Below are positions 29,910 to 43,263 of a stretch of 64,000 bases of DNA, one piece after another. The notes beneath the pieces were generated by a model. It was not told where the DNA came from. It did no database searches and saw nothing but the letters and a program-made list of their open reading frames with translations. Each line of letters begins with the position of its first letter. The stretch's first letter is position 1. The stretch comes from a virus (lineage: Duplodnaviria > Caudoviricetes), in IMG/VR virus record IMGVR_UViG_3300035517_000383, positions 64,001 to 128,000 of that record; one strand, given 5' to 3'. Both the position numbers and the translations under genes were made by a program.

Positions 29910-30321
29910 TAGTCTCATCTCCTTCATTATCTACTTTTGCAGTTGTAGTAGTTATTGGTAATGCTGCGGCCGCACCGCACATGGAACAATTTGATGTCCC
30001 CAGCATTTTAAAAACTCCAGACTAAATATTAGTATGAACTCTTACAGAATATCTTGTACGGCTATGAATTTGGCAAGCTTTCACATTCGTACAATCATTA
30101 TTTACTAATGGATATGCTGTAGTACCAGTTCCTATTGTAATAACTGCATTTGCGGCGATAGTTGTAGTTAATGGAATTGACTACCCAACAACTATACAGT
30201 ATTTTTCATTATTCCCATAACTACCAGCTGGAATATTAATAATCAATTGACCATTGGAATAAGTAACACTTTGCGAAATAATTAAATGCTCACAAAGGCA
30301 TTTAGTAGCTGAGCAACTCAT
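29896..30321 (-). CDS. Cys-rich hypothetical protein (141 aa, 2 TAG)
   Basis: MSCSATKCLCEHLIISQSV...KYCIVVG(Q)SIP...RTRYSV; open only with TAG=Q. Confidence 0.75.
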
Positions 30322-30331
30322 AAAGCATCAC

Positions 30332-31499
30332 TTAGCAGCAGCCGCAAGAATTTCCATTTGTAGGGAATACTCCGCCAAGGGGAATTGATTGATACGGTGA
30401 GGTTACTAGGTATGAAGGCTAAGGTGTGGGTTGAAGAGCATTTATAATATTACTTGTTTGTGAAAGTTGTGACAACTGGAAATTAGCGGACTGTAATTGA
30501 GTTCTTAAATTATCCATTTCAGACTGAACCATATGATTAATAATTCTATCTGTATTAGCATCTGCATTAGTCTTTAATTCACAAGCGGCCTGTGCAATAG
30601 CATAATTAAGTTTTTCTTGTCCGTTCTGAACGCCGCAGAATCCAGACTGCATTTGAGATTGAATATTATTGAATGCGCTCTGATTATTGAAATTAGACTG
30701 CATAATTGACTCTCTTGTCTCGCAGCAACAATCTTTCATGTTGTAGTTTGTATTAGCAATCGCACTTTGAATGTTGTCAAAACCGCAATTTAGTGACTGC
30801 TGAATTCCATTGACTCCAGAATTTACTGCGTTCTGTAATGCGAAATTATTTTGCATTGCATTAATTTCACTATTATAAGAATTTGCTTGTATCTGCGAAC
30901 CAATATTAGCAAGTTCTCCACTCATAGCATAGAAGCCTTGACATAAACCATTTTGTGCACCTCTAATGCTATTATTAAGACTATTGAAATTAAAGGCATC
31001 TGTCATGCCTTGCTGAGTTGCTGGTGTGCAACAAGCATTATATCCATTATTTTCATTGTTAGGAATTATTACTGTATTTGGACCACCGTTTCCACCACGA
31101 TTTCCGTTCCATCCTCCTACTGCAAAGAAAAGAATTAATATAATCACCCCAATATGTTATCATATAAGCTTTTTATCTTATATTTCTATTACTTTCTATT
31201 CGTAATAGTTCAGCATAACTTTTCAACTATTTTTAATTAAATAGTGCCGCGGCCTCGTGGAAACATTATATCTTTTCAGTTTCTATGCGTTGCCCCTGAC
31301 TTAACTTTGTTAAGTCTTCGGTTCGGATTAGCATTTCAGCCTTCCCGTTTAATTCCGCGGTTATTCAATATAAGTTACCTTATAAGGTGGCAGGAGTCTA
31401 CCATGCGCCACTGGCACCGCCAAAAGTATCATTACTATTCTGTCCATTTTTGTTTTGCAATGCCAAAGCATCTGCTACTGTTAAACCATTTTCTCCCAT
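30332..31499 (-). CDS. Asn/Gln/Cys-rich protein with N-terminal TM helix; spliced: join(complement 31400..31499, 30332..31149); 1 TAG
   Basis: MGENGLTVADALAL...GAW|WVIILILFF...DCCCET...PTP(Q)PSYLVTSPY...CGCC; RBS AGGAGG. Confidence 0.8.
31150..31399 (-). ncRNA. Group I intron (250 nt, ORF-less)
   Basis: P1 UGGU/GCCA, P7 GCAUA/UAUGC, terminal G; splicing gives Trp codon T|GG and restores frame. Confidence 0.88.
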
Positions 31500-31533
31500 A
31501 AATAATACCTCCTAAATATTATTTTATTATTGT

Positions 31534-31773
31534 TTATTTAAACATAGACATAAATGAGTTAAATTCCTGACCAAAATTTAACCCCTGTTGTCCAAAATAG
31601 TTTTCTGCCATTTTATTAAGACTTGAAATATCACCATTCTAAGCTAACGAAACCATTTCATTAATAGTAGGGTCATTTATATTATTTTCTTTTATAATAG
31701 ACCTTACTAGCTGTTCTGGGTTCATACCTCCTTTTAATAATCCTATCAATTGCATTGGATTAACATTCATCAT
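31534..31773 (-). CDS. Hypothetical protein (MNVNPMQLIGLL..., 1 TAG)
   Basis: 79 codons to TAA with TAG=Q. Confidence 0.7.
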
Positions 31774-32204
31774 AATGGAAATTCACCACCATTAGGTTTA
31801 ATATTTTTTTGAAGCTCATTAATTTGAGACTCAATTTTTACAAAACGATTATTAAATTCTTCTAATTGAGAAGAAGTAAGATTACTTATTTCTTCATTTA
31901 CTTGATTACTGTTCTCTTTGGGTATATTATTGTAAGGTTCAATTTTATATGCCCAGAATAGAGGATTACCATTCTACATAGATTTAATATACATCAATCC
32001 TTCATTCAAACATAAAGCAACAGATATTCCAGCACCAGTTGGTACATTAGCAACTTCTAAGGTTGAATTTATGTTATATACATTACCTTGTGGCTGAGGA
32101 AATAAAGGTTGTACGTTTTGCTGCTAAGCTTGAAAATTATAATTTTGCTATTGCGGCACAGCGTTCTAGATTAGCTGTTGATTCGCGTTATAATTATAAG
32201 CCAT
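31770..32204 (-). CDS. Gln-rich hypothetical protein (144 aa, 4 TAG)
   Basis: RBS GAGGTG; TAGs sit among CAA/CAG codons in a Gln-rich N-terminus. Confidence 0.75.
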
Positions 32205-32267
32205 TATTTATCACCTCGTTTTATCTTATACTTACAAGTGAAAAATAAAATAGATTTTAGAAAATAA

Positions 32268-32324
32268 AAAAGTGATATATAGAAGTTTTTCTCTGTTTTA
32301 TACAAAATTCTATATATCACTTTT
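32268..32324. terminator. 17-bp inverted repeat, probable terminator
   Basis: aaaagtgatatatagaa ... ttctatatatcactttt. Confidence 0.6.
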
Positions 32325-32346
32325 ATTAAATTTTTACAATTTTATT

Positions 32347-32724
32347 TTATTTTATAAAAGGCATTAATATTTCAAGTTCTTTTAATGTCAAACCTAATTC
32401 ATTTAATTCATCTGTTGAAAAATATATATCTGGCAAGGAAATATTAAGATTATTTAACTGATTAATTTCTTGATTACATAGGTCAATATATTCTTTCTAT
32501 ATTTTACAGCCACCTTTGTCGTCAGTTATAATATTTCCATTATCATCTTTCTCAAAATAATTTTCAATATTTTTAAACAATACATCTTGATAGATTAATT
32601 CTTCTTGTTCTAATGCTTGTTTAATTTTTAAGAATTTATATTGAGTTTGAATATTAAATTTCTTATTAGATAATTTCTCTATAATATATAAAATTGAAGA
32701 AATTTGGCTAGACTTTATTATCAT
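32347..32724 (-). CDS. Hypothetical protein (125 aa, 1 TAG)
   Basis: ORF 32497-32724 continues through TAG to TAA at 32347. Confidence 0.7.
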
Positions 32725-32737
32725 ATAAAATCACCCC

Positions 32738-34726
32738 TTATTTTGTAATATTTTCGTTAAATGAATAATTATCACCAGTCCATCTATAGAACAAATATTT
32801 ACCACTTCCATTTTCTGGAGTTCCAGTATCTATATCTTTTGAGACATTATAATTAACACAAAAAGCAATTGGAAGTTTATTATAAAAGTTAGAATCTGAG
32901 TTATTGTATCTTGGCATTTTTCCGCAGGCATCTAGAATAGCCTTTTGATAATTTTTACTAAGTTCGCTAAAATCATCATCTAAAAATAACTAAGGATATT
33001 TGATGTTTTTATAAATTAGCTAAGCCTATTTTAATGACTAGTCATTACTTGCTGTCCACTATTTCCAAGTTCCTGAATTGTAAAATTGGTCATCATTAAG
33101 ATTATCGAACCACTGTGTCATATTGTCTCCTTTCCAGCGGCTTTCTGAAATCATTTTTGTTCTAATTAATTTTGAATAACTTATCTAAGCAGAAGAGGTA
33201 AAACCAGAATACTCAGTATCAGTACAAATAGCTGTAGCATATCTTAAACCAATATTATTGTTTAATTCATTTATACTATTAGGATAATTACCCATCCAAC
33301 TATCACTTATTATTCCATTGTAATAAAATTGAATAATATTACTAGGAACACTATCTAAACTACTATCATTCTAATAAGAGGATAAGTCCTAACCTCCACC
33401 TACAGACAAGGATGATTCAAGATTACAAGTAAATAGTTCAGGTGTTCCACTAAAAATTCCATAACAATAATTTAAAGAATTGTTCTCAATGACTGGTAGG
33501 CCGCTAGAAGAACTACTTGATGACGCAATTGTTTTATTTTTTAAACTATCCCAATTTGGTATTGAGTAGTTTCCATTTTGAACTAATTTAATTGTTGAAG
33601 AGGGGTCACTACTATTTGTTCTAAAATGAATATGTACATGAACAAAATAACCATCTACCCCTTCCGTATTACCACTCGCGCCAATACCCCCAATGATAGA
33701 CCCTTTAGAAATAGAATCTCCTTCTTTCCATGTTTTTGAAAGAGAATATGTGGTATCTTCTGGATTGATTAAATGAGCATATACAATATAAAAATTATCA
33801 TCAATTAATTCGTTATATTTTGTATTAGTACATTTAACAATAACATGATTACCTAATCCGCCATTTTGTCCTTTTTCTTCACTGGTTTTTGCGATTGATT
33901 CACAACCATACTTCGCAGCAGTTATAATTCCATCAGTCATTGAATACACGGGAGAGCCAACGGCATCGTTTCCATTTGAATATGAAACATCTACTGCGCC
34001 GCCATGACTAACATAAGAAGTAACTTTAGCTGTGTTTCCATTTAAACCAAGTGGGTGACAAAAATAATTAAATAATTGTTGCATAAAATCTAAATTAGAA
34101 TAATCTATATCCACTTTTCCGTTAATACCAGTAATTGTCCCATCTTCTGATGCCTAGTGAATATCATAATTGTAACCTTGATAGCTTGACGTGTCTTCTA
34201 TTGAACTGGTCCAGTTTGCTACCCAAAGTGAACAGCTATCTGCTATTGTTTTAAATTTGTCTGATTGATACCATTTATCTATATGAGATTGAGATGAATA
34301 AAGGCCAATAGAATAAGAGGTATTGCTGAACTATTCTTTGAAACTATTAAAGAGTTCTGCTATTGTATCTCCTTCAGAATTTATATGATTACTTTCTTCC
34401 ATATCATAATAAATTGGTAATTCCAAAGTGACTTCATTCTCTCCCAATTCTGAGGCTAAGTCGTTTAAAGCCAATAAGCACTATTGTCCTTCTTTTACAG
34501 ACTCTTCTGTGCTTGTACTATAAGAATACCAATATATTCCAATTGGAATCCCCAAGTTTCTAAACCCCTTAAAATTAGTAATATATTTTTTATCTTTTGA
34601 ATTCTCATAGCCATATCCACAACGAATTATTACAAAATTGACATCATTTTTTGAAATTAAATTAAAATCAATACTTCCTTGATGTTCCGAAACATCAATT
34701 CCCATATATTTTAACTATTTTGACAT
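32738..34726 (-). CDS. Multi-domain cell-wall hydrolase: GH25 muramidase + M23 peptidase + unknown C-terminal domain (662 aa, about 12 TAG)
   Basis: GIDVSEHQG, IIRCGYG, GIYWYSY, LPIYYDME, DIH(Q)ASEDG.ITGI.GKVDID; then HGGAVD, YAHL, HVH; single frame with TAG=Q. Confidence 0.85.
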
Positions 34727-34737
34727 TTTATCACCTC

Positions 34738-37700
34738 TTATTCTATGATATCCTATAATCCATAACTCTAAGAGGAAGACATAGATGAACTAGAATCTAA
34801 ATCTTCTGTACCAACGTAATCTGTATAAGAATTTGAAAGATTAAAGGTATAAGAATTATTCTCGTTAATAGTTGCAATTTCATTAGACCATTGTAAAGCA
34901 TATCCTTTTTCACTACCACTAGGGGTATAACTATAAGAACCTTTTTCTAAAAGCTCTTGAATTAATAAAAATAAACGATAATAATTATCAGAATTCTCAT
35001 CCTAAGAAATATGCTATAAACATTGTTTAAAATTCTCATAGCCGTTAATTTGTCCTTTTTTTGGTACATAATTTTTTACTCCAGAATAGGTGGATATAGA
35101 CCCAGTTAAGGAAGATATAGAGTGTCTGTGCCGCAAGAGTGCACCCTAGCTATTTTCTAGAAAGAAGTTCAAAGAGTTTCCACTCATATCTTTTAAATTA
35201 TCAAAATCAATTTGTAATCCATCTTTAGATAATCTCATGCTAGGATTATTAATTACGATGTTATTAGATAATTCCGTCAAAGCCGTAGAAGTTCCATCAC
35301 TATTTTGAATAGAACCACCTATATAAAGTACACCATCTTTTAATATACTTAATATATTTTCAATACCATTCGATGAAGAAGTGTTGTCTTGGTGGCCGCA
35401 ACAAAAGATTCTTTCATCCGCCTATCCATTTTCAGCACTTAGAGAAGTATTGTTAATATATAAAGCTACTGTCTAATCTTCTTGACTTTGATTAATATTA
35501 CTGTTCTATGTCTTGTTTTTAAAATATTGATAGCTGGATAAATTAGAAACATAATAAAGATTCTCGGTTACTTTTTCTGCCTATCCAATGTCTTTTATTT
35601 TATAGTAAGTAATTCTTGATAAACTCAAATTTTTTGTAATGGAATAAGTATTACTACTATTTTGTCCATTTAAAATATAGCAGCTTGAAACTGTAGAACT
35701 TCTAGTAAATATACTCTGTTCTTTTTCGTTTATATAGCATTTATATGTTTTTGTAAGACTATTATTCTTATCAAAAGTAAAAGTATCATAAGAAAAATAA
35801 TTTGAATATAAATCGCTATTCAAAAAGCCCGTAGCAGGATTTTCATTAGTCTCCCAATTCTTATAGGTATAATAATCACTATTTGTTCCATCTGATATTT
35901 CAAAGGTAGTATCAAAAGGAGTTTCATTCTATAAAATATAAGAAATCATCATCAAATAAGGTGTTGAATCCGATTCAAAATCATTAAGCAGATAAACAAG
36001 TTTTTTTGTTGCTCCCTCTTCTGTGCTATATTCTATAGTATCAGTTATATCAGTATAAGTAGAATAGTTTGATTGTTTTATATCAAGAGCGTTAGAATAT
36101 GAAAAATATATATTAGTAGATGTAATATTATCTAATATTTTGTTCGTAACAAATATTTCCCCTGTAAGAGATATTTTTGCAGTTTCTTCACTACTTTCTG
36201 CTTGCTACATTTCCAATAATTTCTATCCTTTTAATTTAAGAATTTCATCATCAGTTAAACCTTTAGCTTCATCTTCTGTTAGCTCTACATCGTTAATTGT
36301 TAAAGATGAGTTCGTTGCAGTTGTTGTGCTAAAAATCTTTTTACCTTCACTATTATAGAGATAAAAACCTATATTTCCTGTCGTATCATTTTCTGTAGAC
36401 ATTACACCGTTATCTCCTGAGAAGTCATAGCCAGCTCTTAATCTAATAATACCATTTTCTACTAATGATAGGCCTTGTTTATTGAATTTAGCATAATCAC
36501 TAAAACTAGATTCATCTTCTGTTGGCTCTCTGTATGCAGTTATACCACTCTTATCCCATAAGAAATATAAGTAATCATTATCAACAATTCTTATTTTTCC
36601 TGCGTCTAAAGTTCCAACTTTAATATAGTCCGCATTTATTCCGCTTGGCCCTACGCCTACATTCCAAGACTGACCACCATTATTAGAAAAGAAAAGTCCT
36701 TGTCCATTTAGTTTGTACTGATTATTATGATTATTAATATCACTGCCGCTCTGTCCAGCTGAATCAATATTAATATTACTTTCTTCTGTATTAATTAATG
36801 TTAAATCATTAGTATCTAAAGTTCCCTATAAACTATCTTGTTGAATGTTTTGAGTTGAAGTAAAATTAGAAGCTCTTTTATACAAATTTTCATTAAAACT
36901 TAAGGACTATACCGTAGCTGTAACCTATTGAAACAAATCCTCAAATTGAGTCGTATAATTTTGCACATTTATAGAATTATTTGTCGGAGTGTCTAAATCT
37001 TCTGTGATTTCAGAAATGATTACTTTTAATTTATTAGGTAATCCTGTTTTTTGATTGATACCAAACATACCTATATCTTCAATATAAGTTGTATCAGCAA
37101 TTTCAAATTTATAATCTTCATATTCAGGTAAATCATATAAATCAACTACTGTAATTGAATAGCTAACCTTTGGAATTGCACCTTCTGCGGCGACCTCTTT
37201 TGCTCCAAAATAATAAGCATTATCAGTTAAATAATTACTATCAGTCCAAGTTCCTTCCTTTAGATAGGGTTCGTAATGTTGATAAAAAGCCAAGGATATT
37301 CTATTTATATCTTTTAAATATTTAGAACGCTGTTTTTTCCAAGCTTGAATTTGTAGATATTCAGCGTTATATTGTCCTAATAATCCTAAAGTATATTTAT
37401 GGGTATCTACCCAGTTTTCTTTTATTTGTGTAAAATTAGTATTATTATATTCCAAAAAGTTATCAATTGGAATCTCAGTTGAAATTACTAATTCTTTTAA
37501 GATAGATGGGTCTAAACAAGAATTGTCACTGGAATAAAAAGTAGACTGAACTAAACCATTCAAAATATTTTTCTGTTCTTTCCATTTTGTAACATAATTT
37601 TTATAAGTGTCATTCTAAGTATAACTAGTATATTGAGTAGCAATACCTTTATATCTATCCATCTGTTTTTTGATTTTGTTTAGTTCCTTTTGTGCGGTAT

Positions 37701-40700
37701 CAATACCTTCTAAGTTTACAGTAAGATTAGCCTCCAATTCTGTAAAAGACTAATTCTATAAATTAATAATTTTATTAGTTAATTCATCATATTTCGTATT
37801 ATAATACCCAAGTGTTTTTAAATATCCCTTATCATTCTCATTTATTCCATATAAATCTGCCTCTGTTGTGTCTTTATCAAGTAAACCTTTTGAAATATAG
37901 TAAGAAAAATCAATAATGAAACTATCTTTAGAGGGGTTATCTTCTGCTGTTTTTATAGAACATAATCCTGTTGAAGACAAATCACTATCAACATCTTCTA
38001 CATATAATTTTGTTACAATTGAATCACTAGCTAAAGTTCTACTAATATTAGAAAGATTTTTTTCATATCTAAATCCTAATTTATTTTCAGAGCCTTTTTC
38101 TGTTATATAAAAAACCTCTTTAATCATTTTACCGTTATCATCACATTTAATTTTTCCATTGGAATAATGTTCTATATAATAAATTGGATAAACTTCAAAA
38201 ACTTTACTGAGTTCTTGTGTTAAATTAAAACGATTAGATTTTTCTCCATTTAAGGTTCTTATTTTGCGGCAATGCTTCTGAGTTTTAAATAAATAAGGAC
38301 AATATCCATATTTCTAATATAAGCACACTTTATTTGGTTCATCGATACAACCATATTTACAATCAAAAGAATCCCTAGTGTTATCTTCAACATAATAAGA
38401 GCATTTATTTAAATCAATATAATCTGTAATAATTTCATAATCATCATCTGTGTACTTTGCGGCGCTAAGTGGCAAGGTTGTAGAATCTTCATCTACATCA
38501 TCTGAAAGATAAGAAGTTTGCATAAAAGTATCTGCATTTATTGTATCTTTGACCTTTAATTGTTGAACAAAATATCGTAAATAAGAATAGGTATCACCCT
38601 CTATAACATCATCTTCAAATAAAATATAATTACGAATATTAGATTCGTTGTAACATCCATAATGATAAGATTGCTATCTTTCTGTCTAAATAGAATGAGT
38701 TACTATAGGAACATATTTAGAGAATAAATCTCTACCACTATATTTAAAATTTCCTTCTTCAAAAAAATCTTGTCCTTTAGTGTATGCTTCAAATAAATAG
38801 CAATGTTTTATTTGAATTTCTTCTTCTGAGTAAATACAAAAATATGGATTATCAATATTTTTAGAAGGTTTAAAGAGTAGATAATTATTATTTTTATTAA
38901 ATAATATTGTATTATTAGACTCTGCATAATAAGTAAAAGTTAAAATGTTACTTTTTTGCTCTTGTAATCCATAATCACCCTAAGATATTAAAAGACCTTC
39001 TCCAATTTCAATGGTAACATTTTTGTTAGGTGTCTTATTAAATTCAATACCTAAACAATAGATTTTATCTTTTTGAATTGTTTCTTCTTGTCCTGATATT
39101 CCAAAATTAATAAAAGTGTTGTATGCTTTTGTATATTCTTCATTTGTTAATTCAACTGTTGTTGGTGTAAAAGTTAAATAAGAATTCTCAATACCTTCTA
39201 CTAAATCACTATCACTTTCGTTAACTTTCTCTTCTATAGTTACTTCTAATTTAGCAGAAGATTCTGTTATATTCGCGCCAGAATATAATTTCATAACTTC
39301 CCAGCCATCTGTAGAAGTTATTTCAATACCATTTTGTACCAAGTTTCTAGCTAGTTGCGGCACAATCTAACGAGTATCTGTTTTTGAACAAACTCTATAT
39401 CCGTCGTGACTACCCTGCCAATCATCATTACTATATTTATCTTCATATTCTTTAGAATCATTTTGATATACAGTTACATATTGGTCAATCTCTTCACTAA
39501 TATTAATCTCGGTTCTATCGGTAATTGAAATCTTCTTACCATAGACTACTTCAATATCATTTATACTATCCAAATATCCAGAATATCCAGCGATTCTATT
39601 ACCATGAATCTTCCAGTTATTACTATTGGGAATTGTTATTTCTTTTTTATCAACATCTTCCCATAGATAAACCTAAGAATTTTTATTAAGAGAATTCCAT
39701 TGTTCCACCGTCATTATGTAAGAATAATTTTTATTAATAATGACACTAGCTTCATCTATATCGACTTCCGCTCCTGTTGGGATGGCTATGAATTGAATTA
39801 GTGCGGTAGGGTCTACAGATGACGGTGCAATTGCATAAGAAGAAATACCATTGGCATTATAATATGCCGCCTCCTCTGTTGCGGCCAAGCTTGAACCGCT
39901 ACTAGTTGTTATATAACAAAAATCTAAGCAAGAATAGGGTATATAAATATACCCATCGTTCTCTATATTTTCTACTAATTTTTCTGTTAAAGAGAACCCC
40001 TTGTCATGAGAACCATTATCCCAAAAATAACCTAGTTCTCTAGCTTTATCATCACTCATTTCGAGGTTTCTTTTTTTACCAGTAAAAACATTTTTTATAC
40101 AATCTTTTTCTTCAGGAATTTCAAACTCTAATTTATAGCCGCAAATTGAAGAAAATTGGCTTACTGGGATTTTAAACAATTTTTCCTCAGAATACTCAGT
40201 AAAATCACCACTATTATAACTAGAATTATATTCCCAAATACTATCTTCTAAAATTTCTTCTGTAAAAGTGCCAATTTCTTCAACATTATTATATAAATCA
40301 GTACTAAAAGTAATACCATATCCATTTCTAGAAAGCTCATCTATGAATGCATCTTGACAAGTATAACTATTCATATAGCTTTTAAAATTTTTACTTTCCT
40401 AAATATTTTTAATATAAAATTCAAGCCACTCATCTTTATATTTTAATTTTAGTTTTCTTTCATTAAAAAGATAGTCAATTAAGTCATTGTGAATGTATTC
40501 TCCCTTTTCACTATCAAAATATTTATCTGGCATTTGAAAAGTAAGAGAATGAGTACCATTTATTTTAGTCTATAATTTTACAGATGTTGCTTTACCGAGA
40601 TAAGTCATATCATGTGCTCCAATTATAGCTAATTTCTTTTCAATTTTACTACCATTCTCTCCAAGTATTTCATTCCAAACACTTAACTCGTACTCTTTCT

Positions 40701-40713
40701 TTTTAATTGCCAT
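34738..40713 (-). CDS. Large tail/baseplate-hub (Tal-like) protein, ~1991 aa, many TAG
   Basis: Seven ORF-track fragments share one frame and each ends in TAG; YEKNLSNISRT..IVTKLYV and GINADYIKVGTLD are tail-protein-like; follows the Dit-like gene. Confidence 0.8.
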
Positions 40714-40725
40714 TCTTTTCACCTC

Positions 40726-43209
40726 TTAATAAAATAGTGGTATATATTTAATCTATAGCTAATTTAATAAATCTGCATATCCCCAGTATAAAGGTGGAAA
40801 ATTATTCCAAATATAATCATTTGCATACCACCACCAATCATCTATATCTCCAATCGGTTGTCCGTTTTCATCTAAGTGATTAACTCTCCAATAATCGGCT
40901 AAAAGCTTTAAATACCCATATTCAGCAGATTCTACTCGTTTTCTTTGAATTTCATATCCTAAACCATAAATGGTATTTTTTACAGTTTGATAATATTCAT
41001 CCATAGTACCATATTTTTCAAAAATAGACTGTCCCTCATACCATCTCCGAAATTGGATATAGTTTTCTATATCATCAGAATAAGTCAAATTATTTAAATA
41101 TTTCTTTAGACCAGCCGCACTATAATCTGTTGGTGCGCCGCCCTGCTTATCTGCATATTGTTTAATTTGAAAAACAGATTTAGGACAGTTCTAAGCTATA
41201 TACTCAGTCGCCGCAGCTTTATAGACACTATTAAAATCTTCTCTAAAGGATTCATCTGGAGTACCCCAATAAAATGGTCTTCCATCTAACCATCTTTTGC
41301 CGCCCCATAGGTCTTCATCAACAATAGGACTAATATCAATTAATGACCAACCCGGCGGTATTTTAAACCAATGACCACGTATAATATTGTCATTTAAAAT
41401 ATTCTTTGTTGGTTTAAAATTATAGAAATTATCTATTAACTTAGGATTCTCATCTATCCACTTCTCATTATTTTTCCATTCTGGTTCTTCAATATTATAC
41501 AACATTCTTTCTTCTGTGTCAAGAAATAAAGGTACTGTAGTCGAACGATTGGCTATAGGAGTTTTTTCACAGGTGTCTGCGCCGCAACATCCAGAAAGAA
41601 TTTCCTTAAAATTCTCGCTACTTATATCAAAATAATCATAAGTATAATAAGAAGGCAATTGGGTATTATTAAACTGAAATTGTCCATAGTCCTAATTTCC
41701 ATTATCTCTTATATATTCTGGAGGATTGTAAATATAGTCATATACAAAATCTTCATAAGTATAATCATCATTAAAGATAGCTAATGACTCATCTTCATCT
41801 GATAAAATCTAATTAACTTTATTATATTGCTATAATATCGCCTATTCTAAAGTCTGCCAATATAATTCATATTTTTCTTCTTCTGTAATACAAAGATTAT
41901 ATAGTTCTTCATATCTATCAGCATATCGCTTGCCTTCTTCATAGTCACATAAGCAATTTGAATTACCATTTTTTAATAGCTAAGACTACCAATAAAAAAG
42001 TTTAATGAAATCTCCTAAATGTTCTTTTGGTATTGGCTCTACTACATATGTATGGTGAGGATGGGATTTTTTTAGGCTTTTATAAATAGGCTCTTTATTA
42101 TCTGTTTTACTATTTTCAAGAATAGTAAAATAGCGATTACCATATTTATAATCACTATCATCATCTCTATTGTATGTTTTTAATCCAGTCCAATCTACAG
42201 CTTGTTCAATCGTAAGTCTTTGAACATTATATCTGCTTATTCTAAAAGTATAATTATCTAAATTCTTTCTAAATTCTGAACTTAAATTTCCTAGTCTTAA
42301 CTCAAAATCGACAGGTAAATCGCCGGGATTATAAACTAAGATTCTACTACCAATTAATCCATTCTATCTATTTAAACCTGTATCCATATTAATGTAATTG
42401 GTCTTACTATATTGAGGTAGATAAATAAGTTCTTTATCAAAATCAAGAGTTGGCGTAGTTAATAGTTTTGCTGTCCCTTGCCATTCTGGAATATTTTCCC
42501 AGTAATTCCGAACATCAATAATCATTTTATCTTCATTTGTGTTGCTATCTTTAAAATATAGTTCTCCCCATTGAACCTATTCTTTGGATGGATAACCTCC
42601 TGTCCACGGAGTATTCATATTAGGAGCAACATTATAATGGTCTTTTATTAAACCTGTTAATAACTTAGGTTTTTTCTTACGTCTATAAGGGCTATCCTCA
42701 ATTGAATTAGTGATAATCTCTGCTGGTTGTAAGCATTGATAATAGTCAGCCGCGTGCACAACATATTTATTAAATCCAAATGCATATGGAAAATAGCAAA
42801 TAAAATTTAAAGTTCCTTCACCTTTATAAACTCTTTCACCGCTGTCTCTATCAGTAAAACAAATGAATTTAAATTCTGGTTTTGCTCTTAATTTTGCTCT
42901 AAAAGTTTTGTATGGCATTTCATCAAAAACTAAATCTTGAAGTTTGTCTGTAGAAAATAACTAAGAAATTTGTCTAAAATTTTGTTCACTTACTTTATTA
43001 AAAGCAACATTTACTGTAAAAGTTCTATTTTTATAAGTCTAGCCAAAATAGTATTGTCCATCTGACCCCGGCACATCAGTTGTGTAATCTGTTGGGTCTG
43101 GAAGTAAATTTTTTTCATATCTGTTACTTGAAGATACAACCACAAGATTTAAGTCAGTTGAATGAATATTACCAAATCTAAAACCTTGAAAATCTTTCGT
43201 TTTTGTCAT
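40726..43209 (-). CDS. Distal tail (Dit-like) protein with large insertion, ~827 aa, many TAG
   Basis: FRFGNIHSTDLNL..DVPGSDGQYYFG..LVFDEMPYK..LNFICYFPYAF; directly downstream of TMP. Confidence 0.75.
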
Positions 43210-43227
43210 TATCTCACCCCATATTAA

Positions 43228-43262
43228 GGAGAGAGTTCCAATTAAGGAACTCTCTTTTTATT
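43228..43262. terminator. Terminator-like hairpin between TMP and Dit
   Basis: agagagttcc-aattaa-ggaactctct. Confidence 0.55.
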
Positions 43263-43263
43263 T

